64,000 nt of DNA, taken from sequence record DRR378314_223. The stretch is one strand, 5' to 3'. Position numbers and translations under genes: made by a program. The notes under the pieces were generated by a model. The model had not been told where the DNA came from and searched no databases. It saw only the letters and a program-made list of their open reading frames with translations. This document shows, piece by piece, positions 28,725-38,851 of this stretch (position 1 is the first letter of the stretch; each line of letters starts with the position of its first letter).

Positions 28725-29750
28725 ATGACTTTTCGCACCATTGCAGCCAGCGCCATCGCACTTGTACTAGCGGTTCCGGCCATGGCCGAAACCACACTTC
28801 GCATTCAAACAGCACAGAACGCGGGCGATTTCGTCATGTCCCGCCTGCAAAACATCTGGGTGCCGAAGCTCGAGTCCATGAGCGGCGGTGAATTGATGGT
28901 TGAACTATTGCCCACCGGTGCGGTCGTGCCGCATCGCGAAACGCCAAAGGCGGTTTCTGCGGGTATTCTCGACGGACAAATGACTACCGCAAACTACTTC
29001 GCTGGTCAGGACGCAGCCTTTGCGCTGTTTGGCGATCTGATTGCCGCCTACGATTCTCCTGATCAGGGTCAGACTTTCTGTCGCAATGATAAAGGCCGCG
29101 ACGTGCTTCAGGCGCTTTATGACAACCACTTCGGTGAAAAGCTTCAGGTCATTGGCTGTGGCCCCTACGCCCGTGAGGCACTGGTCGCCGCGAAGCCCAT
29201 CCGTACCTTGGCCGATATGGAAGGCATCAAAATCCGATCGCCCGAAGGGCTCGCCGCTGAGGTGTTCCGCGAAGTCGGTGCCACACCGGTCAGCCTGCCA
29301 TTCAGCGAAGTTTATACCTCACTGGAAACCGGGTTGGTCGATGCCGCGGACGCCAGCGCGTTGGTCAATAACGAGGCGTTGGGCCTACACAAGATCGCAA
29401 AGGCACCCATCTACCCAGGCATCCATTCGCAAGCGGTTCACAGCTTTTCCATTAACAAGGCGAAGTGGGAGGGGCTAAGCGAACAACACCGTACGATCCT
29501 CGACGTCTGGTACCACGCGGCCTATGACGATATCCGCCGGGCCGCTGACCTAGAAGATCGTCGTACTGCTGCCGAACTTGTAACACGCGACGGGTTCGAG
29601 ATCATCGACTGGTCCAACGAGGATCGCCAAGCGTTCCGCGACGCGGCACGACTGGCATGGGAAAAGGCCGCCCTGCAATCCGATGATGCCGCAATGGTCT
29701 ATGAGGCGCAGAAAGACTATCTCCGCCTGATTGGCCTCCTGAACGACTGA
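28725..29750 (+). CDS. dctP: TRAP transporter substrate-binding protein
   Basis: Signal peptide; SGGEL, GIKIRSP and EVYTSLETGLVDA. Confidence 0.9.
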   Translation: MTFRTIAASAIALVLAVPAMAETTLRIQTAQNAGDFVMSRLQNIWVPKLESMSGGELMVELLPTGAVVPHRETPKAVSAGILDGQMTTANYFAGQDAAFALFGDLIAAYDSPDQGQTFCRNDKGRDVLQALYDNHFGEKLQVIGCGPYAREALVAAKPIRTLADMEGIKIRSPEGLAAEVFREVGATPVSLPFSEVYTSLETGLVDAADASALVNNEALGLHKIAKAPIYPGIHSQAVHSFSINKAKWEGLSEQHRTILDVWYHAAYDDIRRAADLEDRRTAAELVTRDGFEIIDWSNEDRQAFRDAARLAWEKAALQSDDAAMVYEAQKDYLRLIGLLND

Positions 29751-29763
29751 TCCACACAACAGG

Positions 29764-29792
29764 GCCGGAGTAGATTCTCCGGCCTCCTTTTT
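29764..29792 (+). other. Hairpin with T-tract between dctP and dctQ
   Basis: GGCCGGAG-TAGATT-CTCCGGCC-TCCTTTTT. Confidence 0.55.
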
Positions 29793-29808
29793 GCTCGGAG
29801 GTGATTGG

Positions 29809-30324
29809 ATGCAAGCGGCCAGTCTTATGATTTCACGGCTCAGCATTGCCATCGGCTATGCCTGTGCTCCACTTTACCTGATTTCGCTTGCGGTCGCGGT
29901 ACGTGAAGTCATCATGCGCTATTTTTTTCATGCCCCGTCAGATTGGGCGTTCGAGGTCACAATGACACTCTGCGCTGTGGCATGGGCACTTTCTGTCGGC
30001 TACGTCGGACAACAAAACCGCCATATTGCCATTACCTTTCTGCACGACATGGTACGCCCTTCGCGCAAACGCATTCTGGATGTGGTGACACTGGTGCTGA
30101 CGGCGGTGGCTTTTGGCGCGCTGGCCGTCGCCGCATTCGAACCAGCCTACGAAGCCTTTACCCAAATCGAACGTACCGGTAGCGCCTTCAACCCGCCCAT
30201 GCCTGCGCTTCTCAAGCCAATTCTGTTCATCTCTGCCATTCTAGGCATCGTGCAATCCCTAGCAAACCTCGTGCTGTTGCTCTCCGGACATGAATTTCCT
30301 GAGCCTGAGGAGGCCACGCTATGA
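29809..30324 (+). CDS. dctQ: TRAP small permease
   Basis: EVIMRYFF..P..WAFE and HIAI; 4 TM helices; RBS GGAGG. Confidence 0.85.
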   Translation: MQAASLMISRLSIAIGYACAPLYLISLAVAVREVIMRYFFHAPSDWAFEVTMTLCAVAWALSVGYVGQQNRHIAITFLHDMVRPSRKRILDVVTLVLTAVAFGALAVAAFEPAYEAFTQIERTGSAFNPPMPALLKPILFISAILGIVQSLANLVLLLSGHEFPEPEEATL

Positions 30325-31631
30325 GCATTGCATTCGTCACAGTCCTGATCGTCTTGGCGTTGCTGGCGTTGATGGTGCTGGGAACGCCTTTGGGTGTTGC
30401 CACCCTGTTGGTCTCTGTTGTCACCTCGCTGATATACTTCGGCCCTCCGGGATTGTTTCTTGTTTCAAGCAATGTCTATCATGTGCTGGAAAACTATTCA
30501 TTGGTGGCGGTGCCGCTCTTTGTTTTCATGGCAGGTATTCTGGAACGCTCGGGCATTGCCGAAAGCTTGTTTGACGCAATGGCCGAACTTGGCGGCAATT
30601 TCCCAGGTTCGCTGGGCATTCAGACTTGTGTCGTAGCTGTATTCCTCGCGGCAATGAGCGGGATCATGGGCGGCGAAATTGTCATGCTTGGCATGATCGC
30701 GCTGCCCCAGATGTTCCGGCTTGGCTATGATCGACGCCTCTCGATCGGAATTATCTGTGCCGCTGGGGCGCTGGCAACGCTGATCCCCCCCAGCATCGTG
30801 ATGATTATCTATGGTGTCACTGCGAACGTCTCGATATCCGACCTGTTTCTAGGCGGCACCGGGCCGGGCCTCATGCTGGCAGGCATCTATATGATCTACA
30901 TCTATACCCGCGCACGCCTGGACCCCACTCTCGCCCCTGTTGCCGTGCACAATACCGATGTGCCACACCGCAAGTTCACGGCAATGAAAAACCTCATCGC
31001 GCCGTTGTTCGTTATCACCAGCGTCATGGGTACAATCTATTCCGGCATCGCCTCTGTCACCGAGGCCGCCGCTATTGGTGCCTGCGCAGCGATCCTTGTG
31101 GCGCTGCTGCGAAAACGGCTGAGCTATGGGATGATCCGCGACACGTTTCGCCAGACCGTCCTGACCGTTGGCTCGGTGGTTTGGCTGGTATTGGGTGCGG
31201 TCAGCCTCGTTGGGATCTATAACATCATCGGAGGCAGTCGCTTTCTGCAAGGAGTACTGGAAGGCCTCGATTGGCATCCCATTCTGGTGATCCTGTTGAT
31301 GATGGCTATCGTGTTTGTGCTGGGCACATTCATGGAGTGGATCGCCATCGTCTTTATTACAGTACCAATCTTTGCCCCAGTCGTGGTCGCGTTTGGATAT
31401 GATCCGATCTGGTTCGGTGTGCTTTTTGCGATGAATATCCAGATTTACTACCTCTCGCCGCCATTTGGCCCGGCTTGCTTCTTTCTCAAGAGCGTCGCAC
31501 CGCCTGACGTAACCCTGCAAGAGATCTTTGCATCGGTTTGGCCTTTTGTTTTAATGCAGATTGTTGGGTTACTTCTGGTACTGTTCTTCCCGCAGATCGC
31601 ACTGTTTATTCCGGAGATGCTATCGAGATGA
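30321..31631 (+). CDS. dctM: TRAP large permease
   Basis: AVPLFVFM, LIPPSI, DPIWFG and SPPFG. Confidence 0.92.
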   Translation: MSIAFVTVLIVLALLALMVLGTPLGVATLLVSVVTSLIYFGPPGLFLVSSNVYHVLENYSLVAVPLFVFMAGILERSGIAESLFDAMAELGGNFPGSLGIQTCVVAVFLAAMSGIMGGEIVMLGMIALPQMFRLGYDRRLSIGIICAAGALATLIPPSIVMIIYGVTANVSISDLFLGGTGPGLMLAGIYMIYIYTRARLDPTLAPVAVHNTDVPHRKFTAMKNLIAPLFVITSVMGTIYSGIASVTEAAAIGACAAILVALLRKRLSYGMIRDTFRQTVLTVGSVVWLVLGAVSLVGIYNIIGGSRFLQGVLEGLDWHPILVILLMMAIVFVLGTFMEWIAIVFITVPIFAPVVVAFGYDPIWFGVLFAMNIQIYYLSPPFGPACFFLKSVAPPDVTLQEIFASVWPFVLMQIVGLLLVLFFPQIALFIPEMLSR

Positions 31632-31762
31632 ACCACGAAAACTCCCACCGCGAGGAAAACGAGCTGAGCCACCGCGCCAGCATCGCGTCAGATATTGCCG
31701 GTTATTTGTTGGCGGCTACCATCATAGGCGTGATGTTCGCTCTGTCCGGATCATTTTCTTGA
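31628..31762 (+). CDS. 44-aa single-TM small protein
   Basis: ATGA overlap with the dctM stop; hydrophobic C-terminus IAGYLLAATIIGVMFALSG; fills the gap up to the dehydratase RBS. Confidence 0.5.
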   Translation: MNHENSHREENELSHRASIASDIAGYLLAATIIGVMFALSGSFS

Positions 31763-31777
31763 ACAATAGGATGTCCC

Positions 31778-33508
31778 ATGAAAAAGAGTGCTGAAGCTCT
31801 TAGATCTCATCGTTGGTTTGGTGATCCGGGCCTGCGCACATTCGGCCACCGGTCACGGATGCGGCAGATGGGCTATGACCCCAAGGATTGGGAAGGCCGT
31901 CCGATCATCGCGATCATCAACACATGGTCGGATATAAACCCCTGTCATGCGCATTTCCGCCAACGGGCGGAATCGGTTAAAACCGGCATCCTCCAAGCTG
32001 GTGGCTTTCCGCTGGAACTACCGGCCATTTCTCTGGCTGAGCAGTTCGTCAAGCCCTCGGCGATGCTCTATAGAAACATGCTGGCAATGGAGACCGAAGA
32101 GCTTATCCGCTCGCATCCCATTGACGGTGTGGTGCTGATGGGTGGCTGCGACAAAACTACGCCCGGACTTCTAATGGGTGCGATCAGCATGGATGTGCCG
32201 ACCATATATCTGCCTGCCGGGCCAATGCTGCGTGGCAACTGGCAAGGTAAGACGCTGGGTTCTGGATCTGACAGTTGGAAATATTGGGACGACCTGCGCG
32301 CTGGTCAAATCACCCAAGAAGATTGGGAAGGCGTTGAACGCGGTATCGCGCGCAGCTATGGCCATTGCATGACCATGGGTACCGCTTCGACCATGACCGC
32401 GATTGCCGATGCGCTTGGGATGACCTTACCGGGGGCCTCTTCCATTCCCGCCGCCGACAGCAACCATATCGCCATGAGCAAGATGGTCGGACGGCGTGTC
32501 GTCGACATGGTCTGGGAGGATCTGAAACCTTCCGACATCCTGTGCTCCGGTTCGGTCGAAAACGCTATCGTCGTTGCAATGGCGATGGGTTGTTCCACCA
32601 ATGCGATCATCCACTTGATTGCCATCGGACGGCGTGCCGGCGTCGACGTGAAACTCGACGATTTCGATAGATTCAGTCGCGTCGTGCCGGTGATCGCCAA
32701 TGTGCGTCCCAGTGGTAAAGAATATCTGATGGAGGATTTCTTTTACGCTGGCGGCCTTCCGGCGTTAATGACGCGCCTCACCGACCACCTCGATCTGTCG
32801 ATGATCTCGGTGACCGGCAAACCTTTAGGCGAGGATATCGCCAATGCGCAAGTCTTCAACGACGATGTGATCCGCCCAATTGACAACCCAATCTATGCCG
32901 AAGGCGCGCTCGCGGTGCTCAAAGGCAATCTCGCGCCAGAGGGCTGTGTCATCAAGCCTTCGGCCTGTAGCGAAAAATATCAGAACCACACTGGCCCGGC
33001 GTTGGTTTTCGACGATTATACTACCCTCAAGGAGCAGATTGACTCCGACGACTTGGATGTAACTGAAGACAGCGTGCTCGTGTTACGCAATGCGGGCCCC
33101 GTCGGTGGGCCGGGCATGCCCGAATGGGGCATGCTGCCGATCCCTGGCAAACTGGTCAAGGCCGGCGTGCGCGATATGCTGCGCCTTTCGGATGCACGGA
33201 TGAGCGGAACCAGCTATGGTGCATGCGTCTTGCATATCTCGCCCGAGTCTCAAGTCGGCGGGCCGCTGGCCCTGCTGAAAACTGGCGATATGGTCACGGT
33301 TGATATTCCGGGGCGGCGCATTCATATGGAGGTCTCCGACGAAGAAATAGCCCTGCGTCGCGCCGCATGGACCCCGCCCGAAGATCCCTATCAGCGTGGT
33401 TTTGGCAAAATGTACACGGCCCACGTCAGTCAGGCGCACGACGGCTGTGATTTCGACTTTCTGGAAACTGCTGCCGGGTCACCGGTACCGGAACCCAAGA
33501 TCTTCTGA
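31778..33508 (+). CDS. IlvD/Edd family sugar-acid dehydratase, L-arabinonate dehydratase-like
   Basis: NPCH, GGCDKTTPG, GHCMTMGTAS, GGPGMPEWG and SDARMSGT. Confidence 0.85.
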   Translation: MKKSAEALRSHRWFGDPGLRTFGHRSRMRQMGYDPKDWEGRPIIAIINTWSDINPCHAHFRQRAESVKTGILQAGGFPLELPAISLAEQFVKPSAMLYRNMLAMETEELIRSHPIDGVVLMGGCDKTTPGLLMGAISMDVPTIYLPAGPMLRGNWQGKTLGSGSDSWKYWDDLRAGQITQEDWEGVERGIARSYGHCMTMGTASTMTAIADALGMTLPGASSIPAADSNHIAMSKMVGRRVVDMVWEDLKPSDILCSGSVENAIVVAMAMGCSTNAIIHLIAIGRRAGVDVKLDDFDRFSRVVPVIANVRPSGKEYLMEDFFYAGGLPALMTRLTDHLDLSMISVTGKPLGEDIANAQVFNDDVIRPIDNPIYAEGALAVLKGNLAPEGCVIKPSACSEKYQNHTGPALVFDDYTTLKEQIDSDDLDVTEDSVLVLRNAGPVGGPGMPEWGMLPIPGKLVKAGVRDMLRLSDARMSGTSYGACVLHISPESQVGGPLALLKTGDMVTVDIPGRRIHMEVSDEEIALRRAAWTPPEDPYQRGFGKMYTAHVSQAHDGCDFDFLETAAGSPVPEPKIF

Positions 33509-33514
33509 TCCGCA

Positions 33515-34342
33515 ATGACAAACACTAAGCGCCCCTCCCACTTGCCCGAAGATATCTTGCTGGACAACCCCAAGGACTATTCTCTGACCCTAGCCAAGGG
33601 CATGGCGATCCTTGAAATGTTCGGGCCCGAGGTACAGAGCATCACCTTTCAAAGCGCTGCGACCCACCTTGGCACCAGTCGCGCCAGCGCGCGACGCTTG
33701 ATCCTAACACTTATGGCAATGGGCTATCTCGACCGGACCAGCAGCGGAGCATATATTTTGACCTCGAAAAGCTTGGGGATATCGCGGGCATTTCTGGCAG
33801 GGAGCTCGATCTTGTCAGTGTTGGCGGAAAGGGTCCGCAAGTTCGCGTCAGAGTTCAATTGCCCATGCTCAATTGTCTCGCTAAGTGGGCCCGAAGTGAT
33901 GTTCCTCTGCCGCGACCCTTCGCGTCGGGTCTATGCCTCGCAGTTGGCGCTGGGGGACAGACTTCCTGCCCACGCTTCCGCTGGCGGCAAGCTGCTATTG
34001 GCAGCGAAAACCGACGCTGAATTGCAGGCTTGGTTTATCCGCTACGCACCGCAAAAGATTACCTCGAAAACCATCGTGGATCCAACGGTGATGCTGACCG
34101 AGGCTTCGCGGATTCGTGCACAGGATTGCGCCAGAAGTGATGGAGAGCTGGAAGATGGCCTTGTCTCTATCGGGCTGCCCATTCGCGATCACCTTGGCAC
34201 AATCCGATTGTCGCTGGTCGTGTCACAATTTGCCAATCGTATGACCAGCGCCACGTTTTCTAGGAAATTTCTAAACCCTACGCGCGCCGCCGCCGAAGAG
34301 ATTTCGGCCATCTATGCGGATTATCTGCGCCATAATGCCTGA
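33515..34342 (+). CDS. IclR-family regulator (PcaR/PobR-like)
   Basis: TLAKGMAILEMF...SRASARRLILTL HTH; GDRLPAHASAGGKLLLA. Confidence 0.9.
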   Translation: MTNTKRPSHLPEDILLDNPKDYSLTLAKGMAILEMFGPEVQSITFQSAATHLGTSRASARRLILTLMAMGYLDRTSSGAYILTSKSLGISRAFLAGSSILSVLAERVRKFASEFNCPCSIVSLSGPEVMFLCRDPSRRVYASQLALGDRLPAHASAGGKLLLAAKTDAELQAWFIRYAPQKITSKTIVDPTVMLTEASRIRAQDCARSDGELEDGLVSIGLPIRDHLGTIRLSLVVSQFANRMTSATFSRKFLNPTRAAAEEISAIYADYLRHNA

Positions 34343-34373
34343 CCCTGAAACCCCGATCCGGAAAAACCCCAAA

Positions 34374-35123
34374 ATGACTTTTCATCATCGCCTAAAGCAA
34401 GGCAAGCCGCTGCTCGCCACCTTTGTCAAAACGCCACATCCGATGGTGATAGAGGTGCTGGGCGGCACCGACCTAGATGCGTTGATCTTAGATTGCGAAC
34501 ATTCGCCTTTCGGCATGGCCGATATTGACCGCGCAATACTCGCCGCCCGCGCGGTAGGCAAACCGATCCTCGCCCGCCTGCCGAATGATCAGTTTTCCAG
34601 TTTTCTCAAAGTCATGGATATGGGGGTCGAAGGCATCGTGGTTCCACATGTATCCACTGCGCAGAAGGCCCGGGATATCGTTCAAGCCCTCCATTACGGC
34701 AACGGCGGACGCGGCTTTGCGACGACGACCCGGGCGGGCGATTATGGCCGCGTCGGTATGAAAGACCATCTCTTGGCCAGCGCTGATCCCACAATCCTTG
34801 TCCAGATCGAAGACCCAGCCGCTGTCGACAATATAGATGACATCGTCGCAGTGCCCGGGATCAGCGGCGTTTTCCTCGGGCCGGCTGATCTGGCCGTCTC
34901 TTATGGGGTCAACGATCCAACTGGGCCACGGGTCGTCGACGCCATGACCAAGGTGATCACCGCCGCCCGGAAAGCTGCCCTTCCTGTCGCCTGCTTCGCA
35001 AGCAGTCCAGACATGGCAAAATCACTTTATGCGCGTGGGGTGACCTTGGTCGTATTAGCCAACGAACACACCGCGATCCAAAACTTTTTCTCAGCCGAGG
35101 CCGTAGCCCACTTACGCTGCTAA
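34374..35123 (+). CDS. HpcH/HpaI class II pyruvate aldolase
   Basis: LDCEHSP, VPHV, VQIED and FLGPADL; alternative start 34335. Confidence 0.88.
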   Translation: MTFHHRLKQGKPLLATFVKTPHPMVIEVLGGTDLDALILDCEHSPFGMADIDRAILAARAVGKPILARLPNDQFSSFLKVMDMGVEGIVVPHVSTAQKARDIVQALHYGNGGRGFATTTRAGDYGRVGMKDHLLASADPTILVQIEDPAAVDNIDDIVAVPGISGVFLGPADLAVSYGVNDPTGPRVVDAMTKVITAARKAALPVACFASSPDMAKSLYARGVTLVVLANEHTAIQNFFSAEAVAHLRC

Positions 35124-35411
35124 GGGGTGTGGGCAAAACTTGGAGGTCACGCTGCAAGCGTGCGAGCCAGTTCGCCTACCGTCGAGAACGGCTGATCTGG
35201 TGATGGCAACCCGATGCGCACCTTTTGGGGGCCATCTCATGTGACGCCTTCCCCCATACGGGTATTGCCAATGTCGTCGACCTACCTCTCAGGTAAACAC
35301 TTGTTGAGTTCGAACAAGGGACAGGCGCGTCAGAAGGTATTTTCGTCGCCAACCCCGCGACAAAGAACGTGATTGCAACTGATCTTGATCCGTAATCCGA
35401 AGTCGAGACGT

Positions 35412-36524
35412 CTAGCGGGGTGCGATCTGCAACACTTGCCGCGACAAGCCAGACAGAACTTCTGGCCCATCAGGTCCAAGATGCACGATGTCCTCAAGCC
35501 TGATCCCGAAGGCGTCGGTCAGATAAATTCCCGGTTCAATCGAAAAGACGTTTCCAGTTGCCAGGGCCTGATCATTGCTCGCCATCATATAAGGCGGTTC
35601 GTGCACATCAACGCCTAGCCCGTGCCCAGTCCGGTGTGGAAATGCGGCACCATAGCCCGCTGTCTTAATCACGCTACGTGCGGCCCCATCGATCGCACTG
35701 CACGCAGCACCGGGTTCGGCCGCCGACATGGCTGCTTGCACCGCGTCCTCAACAACACCCGCGATCTGTGTGAACTTAGGGTCAGGCGCATTCCCATACC
35801 ACGCGCAGCGGGTCATATCGGACGGGTAGCCGTTCAACCGGCATCCGGCGTCGATCAGCACGGCCATCTCGGATTGCAAAACATCTTGGCCTGTATGGTG
35901 ATGCGGAAAGGCGCTGTTTGATCCAAAACCCACGATACAAAACGCAGGCTCTGCCCCATGGGCGCGGTAGTGGTCGACAATAATGTTTTTGACGTCACTT
36001 TCGGACATGCCCGTGCGCAGCGATGCAAACGCCAATTCAAATGCGGCGTCATTCAGGCGGGCACAGTCGCGCAGCAGCTTGAGTTCATCGGCGTCCTTTT
36101 CAGCCCGCAGCTGGCCCACTGTATCTTGGGTAAACCGGCGGGTTGGGGCTTCAAGCTGGTCAATCAGAAGAAACGCAAAATCCGCCCGCATCTGTTCGTC
36201 AAGAACGACGCTGATACCGGGGCGTTTGATGTCAAGTTTCGTCAGCAACGCAGTCAGTGCATCAAGCGGCCCCTCGGTATCGCTCCACTCATAAAACGGG
36301 ACACTGTTGCATTGGGCGCGGGCGGCGTCAGCGTTCAACTTGGGCATCAGGACACCCACCTGGTCGGCAGTCACCAAAGCCATCACCGGGCGTTCGTCGC
36401 CATGGGGGTTCAGCCCCAACAACCACTGCATATGACTGCTTGGACCAACGGCGACCAAATCGGTGCCTGTGTCGGCCATACGCTGGCGCAACCGCGCCAA
36501 TCTGTTGTCTGTGATGTCAGTCAT
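35412..36524 (-). CDS. M24 family Xaa-Pro peptidase
   Basis: PHH, IDAG...YPSDMTR, HRTGHGLGVDVHE, SIEPG and GIRLED metal ligands; ATG 36524 with RBS GGAGGG. Confidence 0.9.
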   Translation of the reverse strand: MTDITDNRLARLRQRMADTGTDLVAVGPSSHMQWLLGLNPHGDERPVMALVTADQVGVLMPKLNADAARAQCNSVPFYEWSDTEGPLDALTALLTKLDIKRPGISVVLDEQMRADFAFLLIDQLEAPTRRFTQDTVGQLRAEKDADELKLLRDCARLNDAAFELAFASLRTGMSESDVKNIIVDHYRAHGAEPAFCIVGFGSNSAFPHHHTGQDVLQSEMAVLIDAGCRLNGYPSDMTRCAWYGNAPDPKFTQIAGVVEDAVQAAMSAAEPGAACSAIDGAARSVIKTAGYGAAFPHRTGHGLGVDVHEPPYMMASNDQALATGNVFSIEPGIYLTDAFGIRLEDIVHLGPDGPEVLSGLSRQVLQIAPR

Positions 36525-36553
36525 AATACGACCCTCCAGATTCAATAAATTCC

Positions 36554-37156
36554 CTAGCCATCTTGGCCGGGCAGCCAATTTTTCGCGGGGCCTTGCAGCG
36601 CCACCAACGTGCCCGTCCACATCATGCGGGCTGGCGTGTCGCCTAGCGTTTTCCACGCGTGTGGGGTCATGCCGTTGTAATGCAGACTATCGCCTTCACG
36701 CAGGATAAAGGCTTCTCCATCCAGTGTTTTCTCGATTGAACCGCTGAGGATATAAATGAACTCCTCACCTTCGTGCTGGTAAGTCTCAGACACAAAATCG
36801 GGTGGGCAGTTCATGATATAGGCAGACAGTTCACGGCCGGGAAACTCTGAACTGAGCGCCTCATAGGTCACGCCGGATTCCGAGATTGAAAACTTCGGCC
36901 TTTTATGCGCATAGGACACCGCATCGCCTGGTTTCGGGCGGGCCACAAAATAATCAAGCCCCAAATCCAACGCATGTGAAACCTGCGCGAGCGCACCCAG
37001 TGACGGCGTTGCATTGCCCCGTTCAACTTGTGACAGATACCCCACGGACATGCCTGCCTTATCGCATAACTCCTTAAGCGTCAGCTTGCGCTGCTGCCGG
37101 CATTTGCGGATCAACTGGCCCAGCTTGGCCGGTTCGATGGTCGCCCCTCCGTTCAT
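36554..37156 (-). CDS. XRE-family regulator with cupin sensor domain
   Basis: LSQVERGNATPS HTH; HEGEEF...H cupin. Confidence 0.9.
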   Translation of the reverse strand: MNGGATIEPAKLGQLIRKCRQQRKLTLKELCDKAGMSVGYLSQVERGNATPSLGALAQVSHALDLGLDYFVARPKPGDAVSYAHKRPKFSISESGVTYEALSSEFPGRELSAYIMNCPPDFVSETYQHEGEEFIYILSGSIEKTLDGEAFILREGDSLHYNGMTPHAWKTLGDTPARMMWTGTLVALQGPAKNWLPGQDG

Positions 37157-37159
37157 GGC

Positions 37160-38851
37160 CTAACCTGACAATTGTGCCAGCCGCGGCATCAGCTCTAGCA
37201 ACTTTTTTGTGTAGTCTTGCTGTGGGTTGGCAAAAAGCGTTTCGGTGTCTTGCACCTCAACCAATTGGCCCTTTTTCATCACCCCAACGCGGTCACACAT
37301 TTGACGCACAACCGGCAGATCGTGGCTGATAAACAGCATGGTCAGGCCCAGATGCTCTTGCAAATCCTTAAGAATGTTTAAGATTTGCGCTTGAATAGAA
37401 ACATCCAATGCACTGGTCGGTTCGTCACATATCAAGAACCGCGGTTGCGTGGCCAAGGCCCGCGCGATGGATATCCGTTGGCGTTGTCCGCCCGAAAACT
37501 CATGCGGATATTTCGCCGCCGCCGCGCGTGTCAGACCTACGCGATCAAGCAATTCTTGCACCCGTCCGCTGATCTGATCAGGGGGCAGGATTTTGTGATG
37601 CAACAGCGGTTCGGCGACAATGCTTTCGACCTTCATCCGAGGGTTGAGGCTGGAAAATGGGTCTTGAAAGATCATCTGAATTTGAGCCCGATACCCCGCA
37701 ATCTCTGCGGGTGTCATCGCAGTCACCTCGTCGCCATCAAACCGGATACGGCCACCGTCTACATCAAGCAGCGTACCGATCATTCGCGCCACGGTGGATT
37801 TGCCAGAGCCACTTTCGCCAACAAGACCAAACACCTCGCCATCTTTAATATCGAACGATACCTCGTCGACGGCCGTGAAATAGGTCCGCCAGGACGGTAG
37901 AATCGCCGATTTTTCGAGGAATTTCTTCGTGATCCCCTCAACCTCAAGCAATTTGCCGGACTTCGACGGTTCCGATTTGGTCCAATTCCGCGCGAGGTCC
38001 TCGATCTTGAACGCCGTCTCACGGCCACCATAGCTAACCTGCGGGAAGCGATGCAGTTTGACTTGCGGACGCGGCACGGCAGAAATCAGCGATTTGGTAT
38101 ATTCGTGCTTTGGGGCGCTGAGCACCTGATCGGTGGTCCCATTTTCCACGACTTGCCCATTGTACATCACTGTCACTTGTTCGGTTGTGTCCGCGATCAC
38201 GCCCATATCATGTGTCACAAGGATCACACCAACTTGGGTCTCGCGGGCGAGCTCTTTGATCAGATCAAGCACTTGAGCTTGGATCGACACATCCAGCGCG
38301 GTTGTTGGTTCATCAGCGACGATGACCGACGGTTCTGAACAGAGCGCCAGCGCGATCACCACACGTTGACGCATCCCGCCCGAGAATTGGTGTGGATATT
38401 GGTCAAAGCGGGTCTTGGGATCTGGGATCGATACGCGGTCAAGCAGGGCCAGAGCACGCTCTCGGGCCTCGTTGGCAGAGACCTTCAAGTGCAACTGGAT
38501 CGTCTCGACAAGTTGTTCGCCAATGGTGAACAGCGGGTTGAGCGAGGTCAACGGATCCTGAAAGATCATCCCGATCTCACGGCCCCTTAGGGCGCGTTGC
38601 TCTTCGACGCTCAGGTTGTCGATACGACGCCCTTTAAGCCAAATCTCACCAGAGGCAATACGCGCAGGGTCATCCAGCAGGCCAATCACGGCATTACCCG
38701 TCATCGACTTGCCCGCCCCGCTTTCGCCCACCACACCGCGGATTTCACCGGGCCGAATGTCGTAGGTGACGTTCTGCACAGGCTTGAACAGGCCATGCCG
38801 GGTCGGAATTTCGACGGTCAGGTCGCGGATAGAAAGGACGGGTTCGGTCAT
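37160..38851 (-). CDS. Peptide ABC transporter ATP-binding protein (fused DppD/DppF)
   Basis: Two Walker A motifs (GESGAGKS, GESGSGKS); FSGGMRQR and FSGGQRQR. Confidence 0.93.
   Translation of the reverse strand: MTEPVLSIRDLTVEIPTRHGLFKPVQNVTYDIRPGEIRGVVGESGAGKSMTGNAVIGLLDDPARIASGEIWLKGRRIDNLSVEEQRALRGREIGMIFQDPLTSLNPLFTIGEQLVETIQLHLKVSANEARERALALLDRVSIPDPKTRFDQYPHQFSGGMRQRVVIALALCSEPSVIVADEPTTALDVSIQAQVLDLIKELARETQVGVILVTHDMGVIADTTEQVTVMYNGQVVENGTTDQVLSAPKHEYTKSLISAVPRPQVKLHRFPQVSYGGRETAFKIEDLARNWTKSEPSKSGKLLEVEGITKKFLEKSAILPSWRTYFTAVDEVSFDIKDGEVFGLVGESGSGKSTVARMIGTLLDVDGGRIRFDGDEVTAMTPAEIAGYRAQIQMIFQDPFSSLNPRMKVESIVAEPLLHHKILPPDQISGRVQELLDRVGLTRAAAAKYPHEFSGGQRQRISIARALATQPRFLICDEPTSALDVSIQAQILNILKDLQEHLGLTMLFISHDLPVVRQMCDRVGVMKKGQLVEVQDTETLFANPQQDYTKKLLELMPRLAQLSG

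Noticed and set aside
35124..35411. Intergenic gap as possible remnant or sRNA
   Set aside because: Only short frames with no recognisable homology and no convincing structure.
35412..36524. M24 protein as DMSP lyase DddP or ectoine hydrolase
   Set aside because: The ~370-aa size, standard PepQ-like motifs and peptide-ABC context fit an Xaa-Pro peptidase better. Not excluded without a phylogeny.
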